From assembly GCF_963921235.1 (NCBI RefSeq), contig NC_086097.1:197100001-197164000 (forward strand): a stretch of DNA of 64,000 bases. The letters are read 5' to 3'. A model generated the notes under the pieces. That model had not been told where the DNA came from. It did no database searches and worked only from the letters and a program-made list of their open reading frames with translations. Made by a program: the position numbers and the translations under genes. Positions 50,491-62,895 of this stretch are shown here, one piece after another (positions within the stretch are counted from its first letter, which is position 1; the number at the start of each line of letters is the position of its first letter). This DNA is from Mobula hypostoma (Eukaryota).

Positions 50491-52909
50491 ACATCATTGG
50501 TGTCTCTATCGTACTCACAGAATCTCATCTCTGTTCCTCTGACAATGGAATCTCCTATCACCGGTCCTCTTCACCGCTTTTGAGTCACAGCACCAGACTC
50601 TTCTGAAGACTTGGTCACTGAGGCTCCCCTCCAGTTGGTCGTCCCCCACAAGAGTATCCAAAGTGGTATACTTACTATTATGAGGTATAGCTAAAAGGGT
50701 ACTCTGCACTGGCTGTCCATTTCCCTTCCCATCCTATGTCCGATACTCAGTACTTTGATTTATGAAGGCCAACGTGCGAACAGCTTTCTTTGCAACCCTA
50801 TCTACCAGTGACACCACTTTCAACAAATTACAGACCTGTATTCCCAGAACACTTTGTTCTACCACACTCCTCAGTGCCCTACAGATATATTAAGAGCAAA
50901 AGGATTGCAGGGGACAAAATTGGTCCTTCAGAAGGTCTGAATGGTAATCTATGTGTGGAGCTAAAAGTAATGGGGAAAGTCTTAAATGAATTTTTTTGCA
51001 TCTGTATTTAATCAGGAGATGAACACAGAGTCTATTTACATAGAAACGTAGAAAACCTAAAGCACAATACAGACCCTTCCTCATTGTCCATTACACTCCC
51101 CCAATCTTGACGTCATCCACAAATTTGTAGATCCAGTGAACCATATTATAACCCAGATCATTAATATGGACCCAGGACTGATCCCTGTAGTACTTCACTA
51201 GTCTTAGGCCTCCAGTCAGAGAGGCAACCATCTTCTACCACTCTTTGGCTTCTCCCACAAAGCCAATATCTAATCCAGTTTACTATCTCATCTTGAGTAC
51301 CAAGCTACTGAACCTTTTTACTCAACCTCCGAAGCAGAGCCTTATCAAATGCCCTGCTTTAAGTCCTTGTAGATAATATCCACCGCCTTGCGTTCATGCA
51401 CTTTCCTAGTAATTTCCTTGAAAAACCTGATAACATTGGTTAGACACAACCTACCATGAAGAAAGCCATGCCAACTATCCCTGATCAGTCCATATCTATC
51501 CAAATATTTATATATCGGGATCCATAGAATACCTACCAATAACTTTTCCACAACTGACATTAGGCTTACCGGGCTATAATTTCCTGGTTTATTTTTAGAG
51601 CTTTTCTTAAAGAGCAGAACAACATTGGCTGGCCTCCAATCTTCTGGTACCTTACCTGTTGCTAAGGATGATTAAAAGATTTCTGCTGGGGCCCAGACAA
51701 TTTCTGCACATGCCTCCTGCAGGGCTTGAGGGAATACATTGTCAAGCCCTGGGGATTTATTCACCCTAATTTACCTCAGGGCAGCAAACACCTCTTCCTC
51801 TGTATCTGTTTAGGGTCCATCAAGTTAAAGCTGCTTGGCTTTTCCCTCAAGGCTGAAATGGCTAACATGAGAGGGCACAGTTTTAAGCTGCTTGGAAGTA
51901 GGTACAGAAGAGATGTCTGGTGTAAGTTTTTTACATAGAGAGTGGTGAGTGCGTGAAATGGGCTGCTGGCGACGGTGGTGGAGGCGGATACAATGGGGTC
52001 TTTTAAGAGACTCTTGGATAGGTACATGGAGCTTAGAAAAATAGAGGGCTATGGGTAATCCTAGGTAATTTCTAAAGTAAGTGCATGTTCAGCACAGCTT
52101 CTGTGGCCATCTCCTGATTAAATACAGATGCAAAAAAAAAATCATTTCAGACTTCCCCAATCACTTTTGGCTCCACACATGATTACCACTCAGATCTTCT
52201 GGAGGACCAATTTTGTCCCTTGCAATTCCTTTGCTCTTGACATATCTGAAGAATCCTTACGGACACTCCCTCACCTTGTCTGCTATGGCAAACTCATGCC
52301 TTCGTTTACCCATCCTGACTTAGTTCTTATGTATTCTCTTGTATTTCTTAAACTCCAGAAGCACTTCATTTCTTCCTACCTGCCTATTCCTGCATTGCAC
52401 CTTCTTTTCTTAACCAGGGCCTCAATATCTCTTGAAAACCAAGGTTCCCTACAGCTGTTAACACCTTTTATTCTGACAGGCACACACAAGATTTGTATTC
52501 TCTTAATTTCACTTTGAAGGCCTCCCACTTACAAAACACACCTTTGCCAGAAAACAGCCTGACGCAGTCGACACTTGCCAGATCCTTTCTGATACCATCA
52601 AAATTGGTCATTCTCCAATTTAGAATCTCAACCCGTGGTCCACACCTATCTTTTTCCATATTTAGTTTGAAACAAATGGCATTGTGATCTCAAGATGCAA
52701 GGTGTCCCCCTACACAATGTTTGGCACCTGCACTGTCTCATTCCCTAACAGCAGATCAAATATCCCACACTCTTTAGTTGGGAATTCTACATTCTGATTA
52801 AGGAAATTTTCCTGTAAACATTTGACAAATTCTTTCGCATCTAGTCCTTTTGCAGTATGCTAGTCCCAGTCAATATGTTGAAAGTTAACATCATCTACTA
52901 AAACAACCT

Positions 52910-53258
52910 CCACACACAAAATGCTAGAGGAACTCAGCAGACCAGGCAGTATCTATGGAAAAGAATACAGTCGATGTTTTCGTCCGAGACCCTTCATCAG
53001 GACTGGAAAAAAAGATGAGGGATCAGCTTATGAAAGTAAGGGGAGAGAAGGAAGAACCACAGGGTGATAGGTGAAACTGGGAGGGGTGAAGGGGTGAAGT
53101 AACGAGCTGCAAAATTGATTGGTGAAAGAAAATACAAGGCTGAAGAAGAGGGAATCTGATAGGAGAGTACTGAAGGCAATTGAAGAAAGAAAAGGGGGAG
53201 GAGCACCAGAAGGAGGTGATAGGCTGGTACTGAGATAAGGTGAGAGGGAAATGGGAAC
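52910..53258 (-). mobile_element. Penelope 3'-terminal fragment with hammerhead-like motif (52968-53005)
   Basis: CAGUC-CUGAUGA-AGGGUCUCGGAC-GAAAACAUC-GACUG; purine-rich 3' region on the plus strand. Confidence 0.75.
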
Positions 53259-54559
53259 TATAATGACGTCATGTTTCTTGGAAAAGTCTACAATCTGTCT
53301 ACAAACTTGTTTCTCTAAATCCCTCTGACAATCGGGTGGTCTGTAATATAGGCCCATTGGTGTGGCAATACCTTTCTAATTTTCAGCTCTACCACACCAG
53401 ACGAATTCTCTAGTCTGTCCTGACTGAGCACTAATGTGACCTTTTCCCTGACTAATAACACCACCCTTCCTCCTTTAATCCCTCCTTCTCTGTAGTGCCG
53501 AAAACAACAGAACCCCAGAATACTGAGTTGGCAGACCTGCCCCTCCTGCAACCAAGTCTTACTAATGGCTACAATATCATAATTCCAGATATTGATCGAT
53601 GCCCTGAGCCCACCTCCTATTCCTATGCTACTTCTTGCATTGAAGTATACACAGCTCAAGACTCTTGTTGCACCATGATCAACCTTTTGATTCCTGACTT
53701 TATTGAAAAACTCTTTAAGATTGGTTAGACACAACCTGCCACAGACAAAGTCATACTGACTATCCCTAATGAGTCCCTGTCAATTCAAATACTTAGATAT
53801 CCAGTTCTTTAGAATACCTTCCAATAGATTACCTGCTACCAGTGTCAAGCTCACCAGCCTATAATTTCCTAGCTTAATTTTAGAACCTTTCTGAAACAAT
53901 GGAACAACATTAGCTAGCATCCAATTCTCTGGCAGATCATCCATTGCAAAGGACATATTAAATATCTCTGCTAGACCTCCTGCAATTTCTGCACTAGCTA
54001 CCTATAGGGTCTGAGGGTAGAACTTGTCAGGCTTTGGGATTTATTAACCATAATTTGCCTCAAGACAACAAATACATACTCCTCTGTAATCTGTTTATAG
54101 TCCATGACCTCATTGCTGTTTTACCTCACTTCTGTAGACTCTGCATCCATCTCCCACGTTAATGCAGAGGCAAAAGAAAAAATCATTTGAAATTTCCCCA
54201 ATGTCTTTTGGCTCCATGCATAGATGAACACTCTGATCATGACGTGGACCAATTTTGTTCTGAGCTATCCTTTTGCTCTTCATACATCTGCAGAGCCCCT
54301 TGGGATTCTCCTTCACCTTGTCTGCTGGGCAACCTCATGCTTTCTTTTAACCCTCCTGATTTCCTTCCAAAGTCTATTCTTGATATTCTTATACTCCTCA
54401 AGTACCTCATTTGTTCCTTCCTGCCTATACCTGCTGTGCCCTTCCTTCCTCTTAACCAGGGCTTCAATACCTCTCAAAAACTAAGGTTTAAACCTGTTAT
54501 TCTTGCCTTTTATTCTAACAGGAACATAAACATTCTGTGCTCTCAGAATTTCACTTTCA

Positions 54560-56478
54560 TGTGGAATGTCAGAGGCTTTTTCCCAGGACTGAAATGGCTA
54601 GCACGAGAGGGCACAGTTTTAAGGTGCATGGAAGCAGGTACAGAGGAAATGTCAGGGGTAACTTCGCCATGTATTCAACATGAGCCTGAGGCTCCGGAGG
54701 GTTCCTGTACCGTGGAAGACGTCCTGCCTCGTCCCTGTGCCGAGGACGCCATGCCCTAGCGACCTCAATGATTAGAGACCGGTGGCTTGACCTCCCACAT
54801 CATGAAGACCCTGGAGAGACTTGTACTGGAGCTGCTCCGGCCTATGGTCAGGCCACACTTAGATCCCCTCCAGTTCGCCTACCAGCCCCGACTAGGAGTT
54901 GAGGATGCCATCGTCTACCTGCTGAACCGTGTCTACGCCCACCTGGACAAGCCAGCGAGCACTGTGAGGGTCATGTTTTTTGACTTCTCCAGTACGTTCA
55001 ACACCATCCGCCCTGCTCTGCTGGGGGAGAAGCTGACAGCAATGCAGGTGGATGCTTCCCTGGTATCATGGATTCTTGATTACCTGACTGGCAAACCACA
55101 GTACATGTGCTTGCAACACTGTGTGTCCGACAGAATGATCAGCAGCACTGGGGCTCCACAGGGGACTGTCTTGTCTCCCTTTCTCTTCACCATTTACACC
55201 TCGGACTTCAACTACTGCACAGAGTCTTGTCATCTTCAGAAGTTTTCGGATGATTCTGCCATAGTTGGATGCATCAGCAAGGGAGATGAGGATGAGTACA
55301 GGGCTACGGTAGGAAACTTTGTCACATGATGTGAGCAGAATTATCTGCAGCTTAATGTGAAAAAGACTAAGGAGCTGTTGGTAGACCTGAGGAGAGCTAA
55401 GGTACCGGTGACCCCTGTTTCCATTCAGGGGGTCAGTGTGGACATGGTGGAGGATTACAAATACCTGGGGATACGAATTGACAATAAACTGGACTGGTCT
55501 AAGAACACTGAGGCTGTCTACAAGAAGGGTCAAAGCCGTCTCTATTTCCTGAGGAGACTGTTTCCATCCAGGGGGTCAGTGTGGACATGGTGGAAGATTA
55601 CAAATACCTGGGGATACGAATTGACAATAAATTGGACTGGTCTAAGAACACTGAGGCTGTCTACAAGAAGGGTCAGAGTCTTCTCTATTTCCTGAGGAGA
55701 CTGAGGTCTTTTAACACCTGCTGGACGATGCTGAGGATGTTCTACGAGTCTGTGGTGGCCAGTGCTATCATGTTTGCTGTTGTGTGCTGGGGCAGCAGGC
55801 TGAGGGTGGCAGACACCAACAGAATCAACAAACTCATTTCTAAGGCCAGTGATGTTGTGGGGATGGAACTGGACTCTCTCACGGTGGTGTCTGAAAAGAG
55901 GATGCTGTCTAAGTTGCATGCCATCTTGGTCAATGTCTCCCATCCACTACATGATGTACTGGGTGGGCATAGGAGTACATTCAGCCAGAGACTTATTCCT
56001 CCGAGATGCAGCACTGAGCGTCATAAGAAGTCATTCCTGCCTGTGGCCATCAAACTTTACAACTCCTCCCTTGGAGGGTCAGACACTCTGAGCCGATAGG
56101 CTGGTCCTGGACTTATTTCATAATTTACTGGCATAATTTACATACTACTATTTAACTATTTATGGTTCTATTACTATCTATTATTTATGGTACAACTGTA
56201 ACGAAAACCAATTTCCCCCGGGATCAATAAAGTATGACTACTACTACTACTACTAAGTTTTTTACACAGAGAATAGTGAGTGCATGGAATGGGCTGCCAG
56301 CGATGGTGGTGGAGGTGGATACGATAGGGTCTTTTAAGAGACTCCTGGATGGCTACATGGAGCTCAGAAAAATAGAGGGCTATGGATAACCCTAGGTAAT
56401 CTCTAAGGTAAGGACATGTTCGGCACAGCTTTGTGGGCCTAAGGGCCTGTATTGTGCTGAAGGTTTTCTATGTTTCTA
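54560..56478 (+). mobile_element. CR1 3' fragment split by a Rex1 insertion
   Basis: GTCAGGGGTAA|...|TAAGTTTTTTACACAGAG continuity; tail TTTTCTATGTTTCTA. Confidence 0.85.
54662..56253 (+). mobile_element. Rex1/Babar LINE, 5'-truncated, with internal 143-bp duplication
   Basis: LDPLQFAYQP, MFFDFSSTFNTI, GAPQGTVLSPFLF, KFSDDSAIVG, YKYLG; AATAAA + (CTA)n tail; possible TAA TSD. Confidence 0.95.
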
Positions 56479-57404
56479 AGACCTCCCACTTGCCAAGCAC
56501 GCCTTTGCCTGAAAACAACTGCTCCAATCCACACTTTGCAGATCATTTCTGATATCATCAAAATTGGTCTTTCTCCAATTTATAATCTCAACCCAAGGAC
56601 CAGACCTATCCTTCTCCATAATTATCTTGAAACTAATGACATTATGATCACCTCTTGCAAAGTTTTCCCCTACACAAATTTCTGTCACCCATCCTATCTC
56701 ATTCCCTAATCGGAGATCTAGTATTGCACTCTCTAAGCATAACATAGCAAAGATGAGCTGGAAGCCAGAGGATTGGGAAACTTTTAAAGAGCAACAGAGG
56801 ATAACTGAAAAGGCAATACGGGGAGAAAAGATGTGGTACGAAGGCAAGCTAGCCAAGAATACAAAGGAGGATAGCAGAAGCTTCTTTAGTTATGTGAAGA
56901 GGAAAAAATTAGTTAAGACCAAAGTTGGGCCCTTGAAGAAAGAAATGGGTGAATTTATTATGGGGAACAAGGAAATGGCAGACGAGTTGAACAGGTACTT
57001 TGGATTTGCCTTCACTAGGGAGACACAAACAATCTCCCAGATGTAATAGTGGCCGGAGGACCTAGGGTAACGGAGGAACTGAAGGAGATTCACATTAGGC
57101 AGAAAATGGTATTGGATAGACTGATGGGACTGAAGGCTGATAAATCCCCAGGACCTGGTGGTCTGTACCCCAGGGTACTTAAGGAGGTGGCTCTAGAAAT
57201 TGTGGATGCATTGGTAATTATTTTCCAATGTTCTATAGATTCAGGATCAGTTCCAGAGGGTATCTAATGTTATCCCACTTTTTAAGAAAGGAAGGAGAGA
57301 GAAAACAGGGAATTATAGAAACATAGAAAATAGGTGCAGGAGTAGGCCATTCGGCCCTTTAAGCCTGCACCGCCATTTATTATGATCATGGCTGATCATC
57401 CAAC

Positions 57405-60400
57405 TCAGAACCCTGCACCAGCCTTCCCTCCATACCCCCTGATCCCCGTAGCCACAAGGGCCATATCTAACTCCCTCTTAAATATAGCCAATGAACTGGC
57501 CTCAACTGTTTCCTGTGGCAGAGAATTCCACAGATTCACCACTCTCTGTGTGAAGAAGTTTTTCCTAATCTCAGTCCTCAAACTGTGACCCCTCGTTCTG
57601 GACTTCCCCAACATCGGGAACAATCTTCCTGCATCTAGCCTGTCCAATCCCTTTAGGATTTTATACATTTCAATCAGATCCCCCTCAATCTTCTAAATTC
57701 CAACGAGTACAAGCCTAGTTCATCCAGTCTTTCTTCATATGAAAGTCCTGCCATCCCAGGAATCAATCTGGTGAACTTTCTTTGTACTCCCTCTATGGCA
57801 AGGATGTATTTCCTCAGATTAGGGGACCAAAACTGCACACAATACTCCAGGTGTGGTCTCACCAAGGCCTTGTACAACTGCAGTAGTACCTCCCTGCTCC
57901 TGTACTCGAATCCTTTCGCTATAAGTGCCAGCATACCATTTGCCTTTTTCACCGCCTGCTGTACCTGCATGCCCACTTTCAATGACTGGTGTATAATGAC
58001 ACCCAGGTCTCGTTGCACCTCCCCTTTTCCTAATCAGCCACCATTCAGATAATAATCTGTTTTCCTATTTTTGCCACCAAAGTGGATAACTTCACATTTA
58101 TCCACATTAAATTGCATCTGCCATGAATTTGCCCACTCACCCAACCTATCCAAGTCACCCTGCATCCTCTTAGCATCCTCCTCACAGCTAACACTGCCGC
58201 TCAGCTTCGTGTCATCCGCAAACTTGGAGATGTTACATTTAATTCCCTCATCCAAGTCATTAATATATATTGTAAACAACTGGGGTCCCAGCACTGAGCC
58301 TTGCGGTACCCCACTAGTCACTGCCTGCCATTCTGAAAAGGTCCCGTTTATTCCCACTCTTTGCTTCCTGTCTGCTAACCAATTCTCTATCCACATCAAT
58401 ACCTTACCCCCAATACCGTGTGCTTTAAGTTTGCACACTAATCTCCTGTGTGGGACCTTGTCAAAAGCCTTTTGAAAATCCAAATATACCACATCCACTG
58501 GTTCTCCCCTATCCACTCTACTAGTTACATCCTCAAAAAATTCTATGAGGTTCGTCAGACATGATTTTCCTTTCACAAATCCATGCTGACTTTGTCCGAT
58601 GATTTCACCGCTTTCCAAATGTGCTGTTATCACATCTTTGATAACTGACTCCAGCAGTTTCCCCACCACCGACGTTAGGCTAACCGGTCTATAATTCCCC
58701 GGTTTCTCTCTCCCTCCTTTTTTAAAAAGTGGAGTTACATTAGCCACCCTCCAATCCTCAGGAACTAGTCCAGAATCTAACGAGTTTTGAAAAATTATCA
58801 CTAATGCATCCACTATTTCTTGGGCTACTTCCTTAAGCACTCTGGGATGCAGACCATCTGGCCCTGGGGATTTATCTGCCTTTAATCCCTTCAATTTACC
58901 TAACACCACTTCCCTACTAACGTGTATTTCGCTCAGTTCCTCCATCTCACTGGACCCTCTGTCCCCTACTATTTCTGGAAGATTATTTATGTCCTCCTTA
59001 GTGAAGACAGAACCAAAGTAATTATTCAATTGATCTGCCATGTCCTTGCTCCCCATAATCAATTCACCTGTTTCTGTCTGTAGGGGACCTACATTTGTCT
59101 TTACCAGTCTTTTCCTTTTTACATATCTATAAAAGCTTTTACAGTCAGTTTTTATGTTCCCTGCCAGTTTTCTCTCATAATCTTTTTTCCCCTTCCTAAT
59201 TAAGCCCTTTGTCCTCCTCTGCTGAACTCTGAATTTCTCCCAGTTCTCAGGTGAGCCATTTTTTCTGGCTAATTTGTATGCTTCTTCTTTGGAATTGATA
59301 CTATCCCTAATTTCTCTTGTCAGCCACGGTTGCACTACCTTCCTTGATTTATTCTTTTGCCAAACTGGGATGAACAATTGTTGTAGTTCATCCATGCAAT
59401 CTTTAAACGCTTGCCATTGCATATCCACCGTCAATCCTTTAAGTGTCATTTGCCAGTCTATCTTAGCTAATTCACGTCTCATACCTTCAAAGTTACCCTT
59501 CTTTAAGTTCAGAACCTTTGTTTCTGAATTAACTATGTCACTCTCCATCTTAATGAAGAATTCCACCATATTATGGTCACTCTTACCCAAGGGGCCTCTC
59601 ACGACAAGATTGCTAATTAACCCTTCCTCATTGCTCAAAACCCAGTCTAGAATAGCCTGCTCTCTAGTTGGTTCCTCGACATGTTGGTTCAAAAAACCAT
59701 CCCGCACACATTCCAAGAAATCCTCTTCCTCAGCACCAATCCTCTTCCTCAGCACACGTAGATTGAAGTCACCCATTATAACTGCTGTTCCTTTATTGCA
59801 CACATTTCTAATTTCCTGTTTAATACCATCTCCGACCTCACTACTACTGTTAGGTGGCCTGTACACAACTCCCACCAGCGTTTTCTGCCCCTTAGTGTTA
59901 TGCAGCTCTACCCATATCGATTCCATATCTTCCCGGCTTATGTCCTTCCTTTCTATTGTGTTAATCTCATCTTTAACCAGCAACGCCACCCCACCTCCTT
60001 TTCTTTCATGTCTATCCCTCCTGAATATTGAATATCCCTGAACGTTGAGCTCCCATCCTTGGTCACCCTGGAGCCATGTCTCTGTGATCCCAACTATATC
60101 ATAATCATTAATAACAATCTGCACTTTCAATTCATCCACCTTATTACGAATGCTCCTTGCACTGACACACAAAGCCTTCAGGCGCTCTTTTACAACTCTC
60201 TTAGCCCTTATACATTTATGTTGAAAGTGGCCCTTTTTGATGCTTGCCCTGGATTTGTCGGCCTGCCACTTTTACTTTTCTCCTTACTACTTTTTGCTTC
60301 TACCCTCACTTTACACCCCTCTGTCTCTCTGCACTGGTTCCCATCCCCCTGTTGTGAACTAACCTCCTCTCGCCTAGCCTCTTTAATTTGATTTCCACAC

Positions 60401-60405
60401 CCCAA
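57405..60405 (-). pseudogene. CR1 ORF2 (AP endonuclease + reverse transcriptase), disrupted
   Basis: ITETW, GDFN, SDH (APE); DFQKAFD, GVPQGSVLGP, KFADD (RT); frameshift near 60210, in-frame TGA at 58034-58036, frameshift near 57680. Confidence 0.93.
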
Positions 60406-60410
60406 CCATT

Positions 60411-61346
60411 CTAGTTTAAAGTCACCTCAGTAGCCCTTGCTAATCTCCCTGCCAGGATATTGGTCCCCCTAGGATTCAAGTGTAACCCGTCCTTTTTGTA
60501 CAGGTCACGCCTGCGCCAAAAGAGGTCCCAGTGATCCAAAAACTTGAATCCCTGCCTCCTGCCCCAATCCCTCAGCCACGCATTTATCCTCCACCTCATC
60601 GCATTCCTACTCTCACTGTCGCGTGGCACAGGCAGTAATCCCGAGATTACTACCTTTGCAGTCCTTTTTCTCAACTCCCTTCCTAGCTCCCTATATTCTC
60701 CTTTCAGGACCTCTTCCCTTTTCCTACCTATGTCATTGGTACCTATATGTACCACGACCTCTGGCTCCTCACCCTCCCACTTCAGGATATCTTGAACACG
60801 ATCAGAAATATCCCGGACCCTGGCACCAGGGAGGCAAACTACCATCCGGGTCTCTGGACTGCATCCACAGAATCGCCTATCTGACCCCCTTACTATCGAG
60901 TCCCCTATCACAACTGCCCTCCTCTTCCTTTCCCTACCCTTCTGAGCTACAGGGCCGGACTCTGTGCCAGAGGCACGGCCACTGTCGCTTCCCCCGGGTA
61001 AGCTGTCCCCCCCAACAGTACTCAAACAGGAGTACCTATTGTCAAGGGGCACAGCCACCGGAGTACTCTCTATTACCTGACTCTTCCCCTTCCCTCTCCT
61101 AACCGTGACCCACTTGTCTGCCTCCCGTGGCCCCGGTATGACCACCTGCCTGTAACTCCTCTCTATCAACTCCTCACTCTCCCTGACCAGACGAAGGTCA
61201 TCGAGCTGCAGCTCCAGTTCCGTAACGCGGTCCCTTAGGAGCTGCATCTCGATGCACTTGGCACAGATGTAGACGTCCGGGAGGCTTGGAGACTCCAGGA
61301 CCTCCCACATCCCACACCGAGAACAACAAACTGCCCTCACACTCAT
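60411..61346 (-). CDS. CR1 ORF1p: CxxC/CxxC zinc finger-leucine zipper + SGNH esterase (uninterrupted)
   Basis: MSVRAVCCSRC...CAKC..L......L......L; GDSIVRG, HIGTND, DGLHLN. Confidence 0.92.
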   Translation of the reverse strand: MSVRAVCCSRCGMWEVLESPSLPDVYICAKCIEMQLLRDRVTELELQLDDLRLVRESEELIERSYRQVVIPGPREADKWVTVRRGKGKSQVIESTPVAVPLDNRYSCLSTVGGDSLPGGSDSGRASGTESGPVAQKGRERKRRAVVIGDSIVRGSDRRFCGCSPETRMVVCLPGARVRDISDRVQDILKWEGEEPEVVVHIGTNDIGRKREEVLKGEYRELGRELRKRTAKVVISGLLPVPRDSESRNAMRWRINAWLRDWGRRQGFKFLDHWDLFWRRRDLYKKDGLHLNPRGTNILAGRLARATEVTLN

Positions 61347-62895
61347 ACTGCCCCTCTCCTCAAATAACAACAGAAAATGAATACCAAACCTTCCTCGCCT
61401 CGCCCATTTCCGCCTAAGCCCGTTGAGCCGAAGCCCTTAAGCTTTCACTCTGCACCCGACTCACTCCGCCGCCCGCAAACTACGCTGCCCGCTGTATGAG
61501 GCTCTGTTCCTTTTAAATCTGCCGCGCTGCACTGCCCGACATCACACGCCTGTGCAGTCCCGCCTCTCTGAACGCCGTTGGAGAAAAAAAAACCCGAAAA
61601 TTTCAAAAATGTCTTCCTCCGCACTCCCGCTCCGACACTCAGACTTCCTTCTTCTTCTTATAGACCGGTTAGCCTGACAACAGTGGTGGGGAAGATGTTG
61701 GAGTCAATTATAAAGGATGAAATAGTGGCACATTTCGATAGCAGTAACAGGATCGGTCCAAGTCAGCATGGATTTACGATGGGGAAATCATGCTTGACTA
61801 ATCTTCTGGAATTTTTTGAGGATGTAACTATGAAAATGGACAAGGGAGAACCAGTGGATGTAGTGTATCTGGACTTTCAGAAAGCCTTTGATAAGGTCCC
61901 ACATAGGAGATTAGTGGGCAAAATTAGAGCACATGATATTGGGGGTAGGGTACTGACATGGATAGAAAGTTGGTTGGCAGAGATGAAACAAAGAGTAGGG
62001 ATTAATGGGTCCCTTTCAGAATGGCAGGAGGTGACTAGTGGGGTACCACAAGGCTCGGTGCTGGGACCACAGCTATTTACAATATATATTAATGATTTAG
62101 ATGAAGGGATTAAAAGTAACATCAGCAAATTTGCAGATGATGTGAAGCTGGGTGGCAGTGTGAAATGTGCAGAGGATGTTGAGATAATGCAGGATGATTT
62201 GGACAGGTTGGGTGAGGGGGCAGATGCATGGCAGATGCAGTTTAATGTGGATAAATGTGAGGTTATCCACTTTGGTGGCAAGAACAGGAAGGCAGATTAC
62301 TATTTGAACGGCGTCAAGTTAGGAAAAGGGGAAGTACAACGAGATCTTGGTGTCCTTGTTCATCAGTCACTGAAAGTAAGCATGCAGGTACAGCAAGCAG
62401 TGAAGAAAGCTAATGGCATGTTGGCCTTCATAACAAAGGGAGTTGAGTATAGCAGCAAAGAGGTCCTTCTGCAGTTGTACAGGGCCATGGTGAGATCACA
62501 CCTGGAGTATTGTGTACAGTTTTGATCTCCAAATTTGAGGAAGGACATTCTTGCTATTGAGGGAGTGCAGCGGAGGTTCACGAGGTTAATTCCCAGGGTG
62601 GTGGGACTGTCATATGTTGAAAGATTGAAGCAACTGGGCTTGTGTACACTGGAATTTAGAAGGATGAGAGGGGATCTGATTGAAACATATAAGATTATTA
62701 AGGGATAGGGCACGCTAGAGGCAGGAAACATGTTCCCGATGTTGGGGAAGTCCAGAACCAGAGGCCACAATTTGAGAATAAGGGGTAGGCCATTTAGAAC
62801 GGAGTTGAGGGAAAACTTTTTCACCCAGAGAGTTGTGGATCTATGGAATGCTCTGCCTCAGAAGGCAGTGGAGGCCAATTCTCTGGATGCTTTCA

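Larger units (their letters stand above)
44200..54558 (-). mobile_element. Cluster of decayed, mostly minus-strand CR1 LINEs with nested Tc1, CR1 3' fragments (48120-48378 and 51838-52100, plus strand) and Penelope fragments
   Basis: Repeated CR1 RT/EN/ORF1 motif fragments (LF.IYINDL, KF.DDTK, CLTNLLEFF, FLDHW, CVYFNARS). Confidence 0.85.
57320..61657 (-). mobile_element. Full-length CR1 LINE
   Basis: GC-rich 5'UTR, ORF1, ORF2 (APE+RT), 3'UTR with TTTTCTATGTT tail; 7-bp TSD TTATAGA at 57313-57319 and 61658-61664. Confidence 0.96.
56735..62895 (+). mobile_element. CR1 ORF2 copy split by the full-length CR1 (56735-57319 and 61658-62895)
   Basis: GGGAATTATAGA|CCGGTTAGCCTGAC (GNYRPVSLT) is continuous across the insertion; RT ORF ~61660-62525. 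Confidence 0.92.

Noticed and set aside
58071..62824. Long antisense ORFs (58071-58475, 59274-60041, 61877-62281, 62363-62824)
   Set aside because: Shadow frames opposite CR1 ORF2
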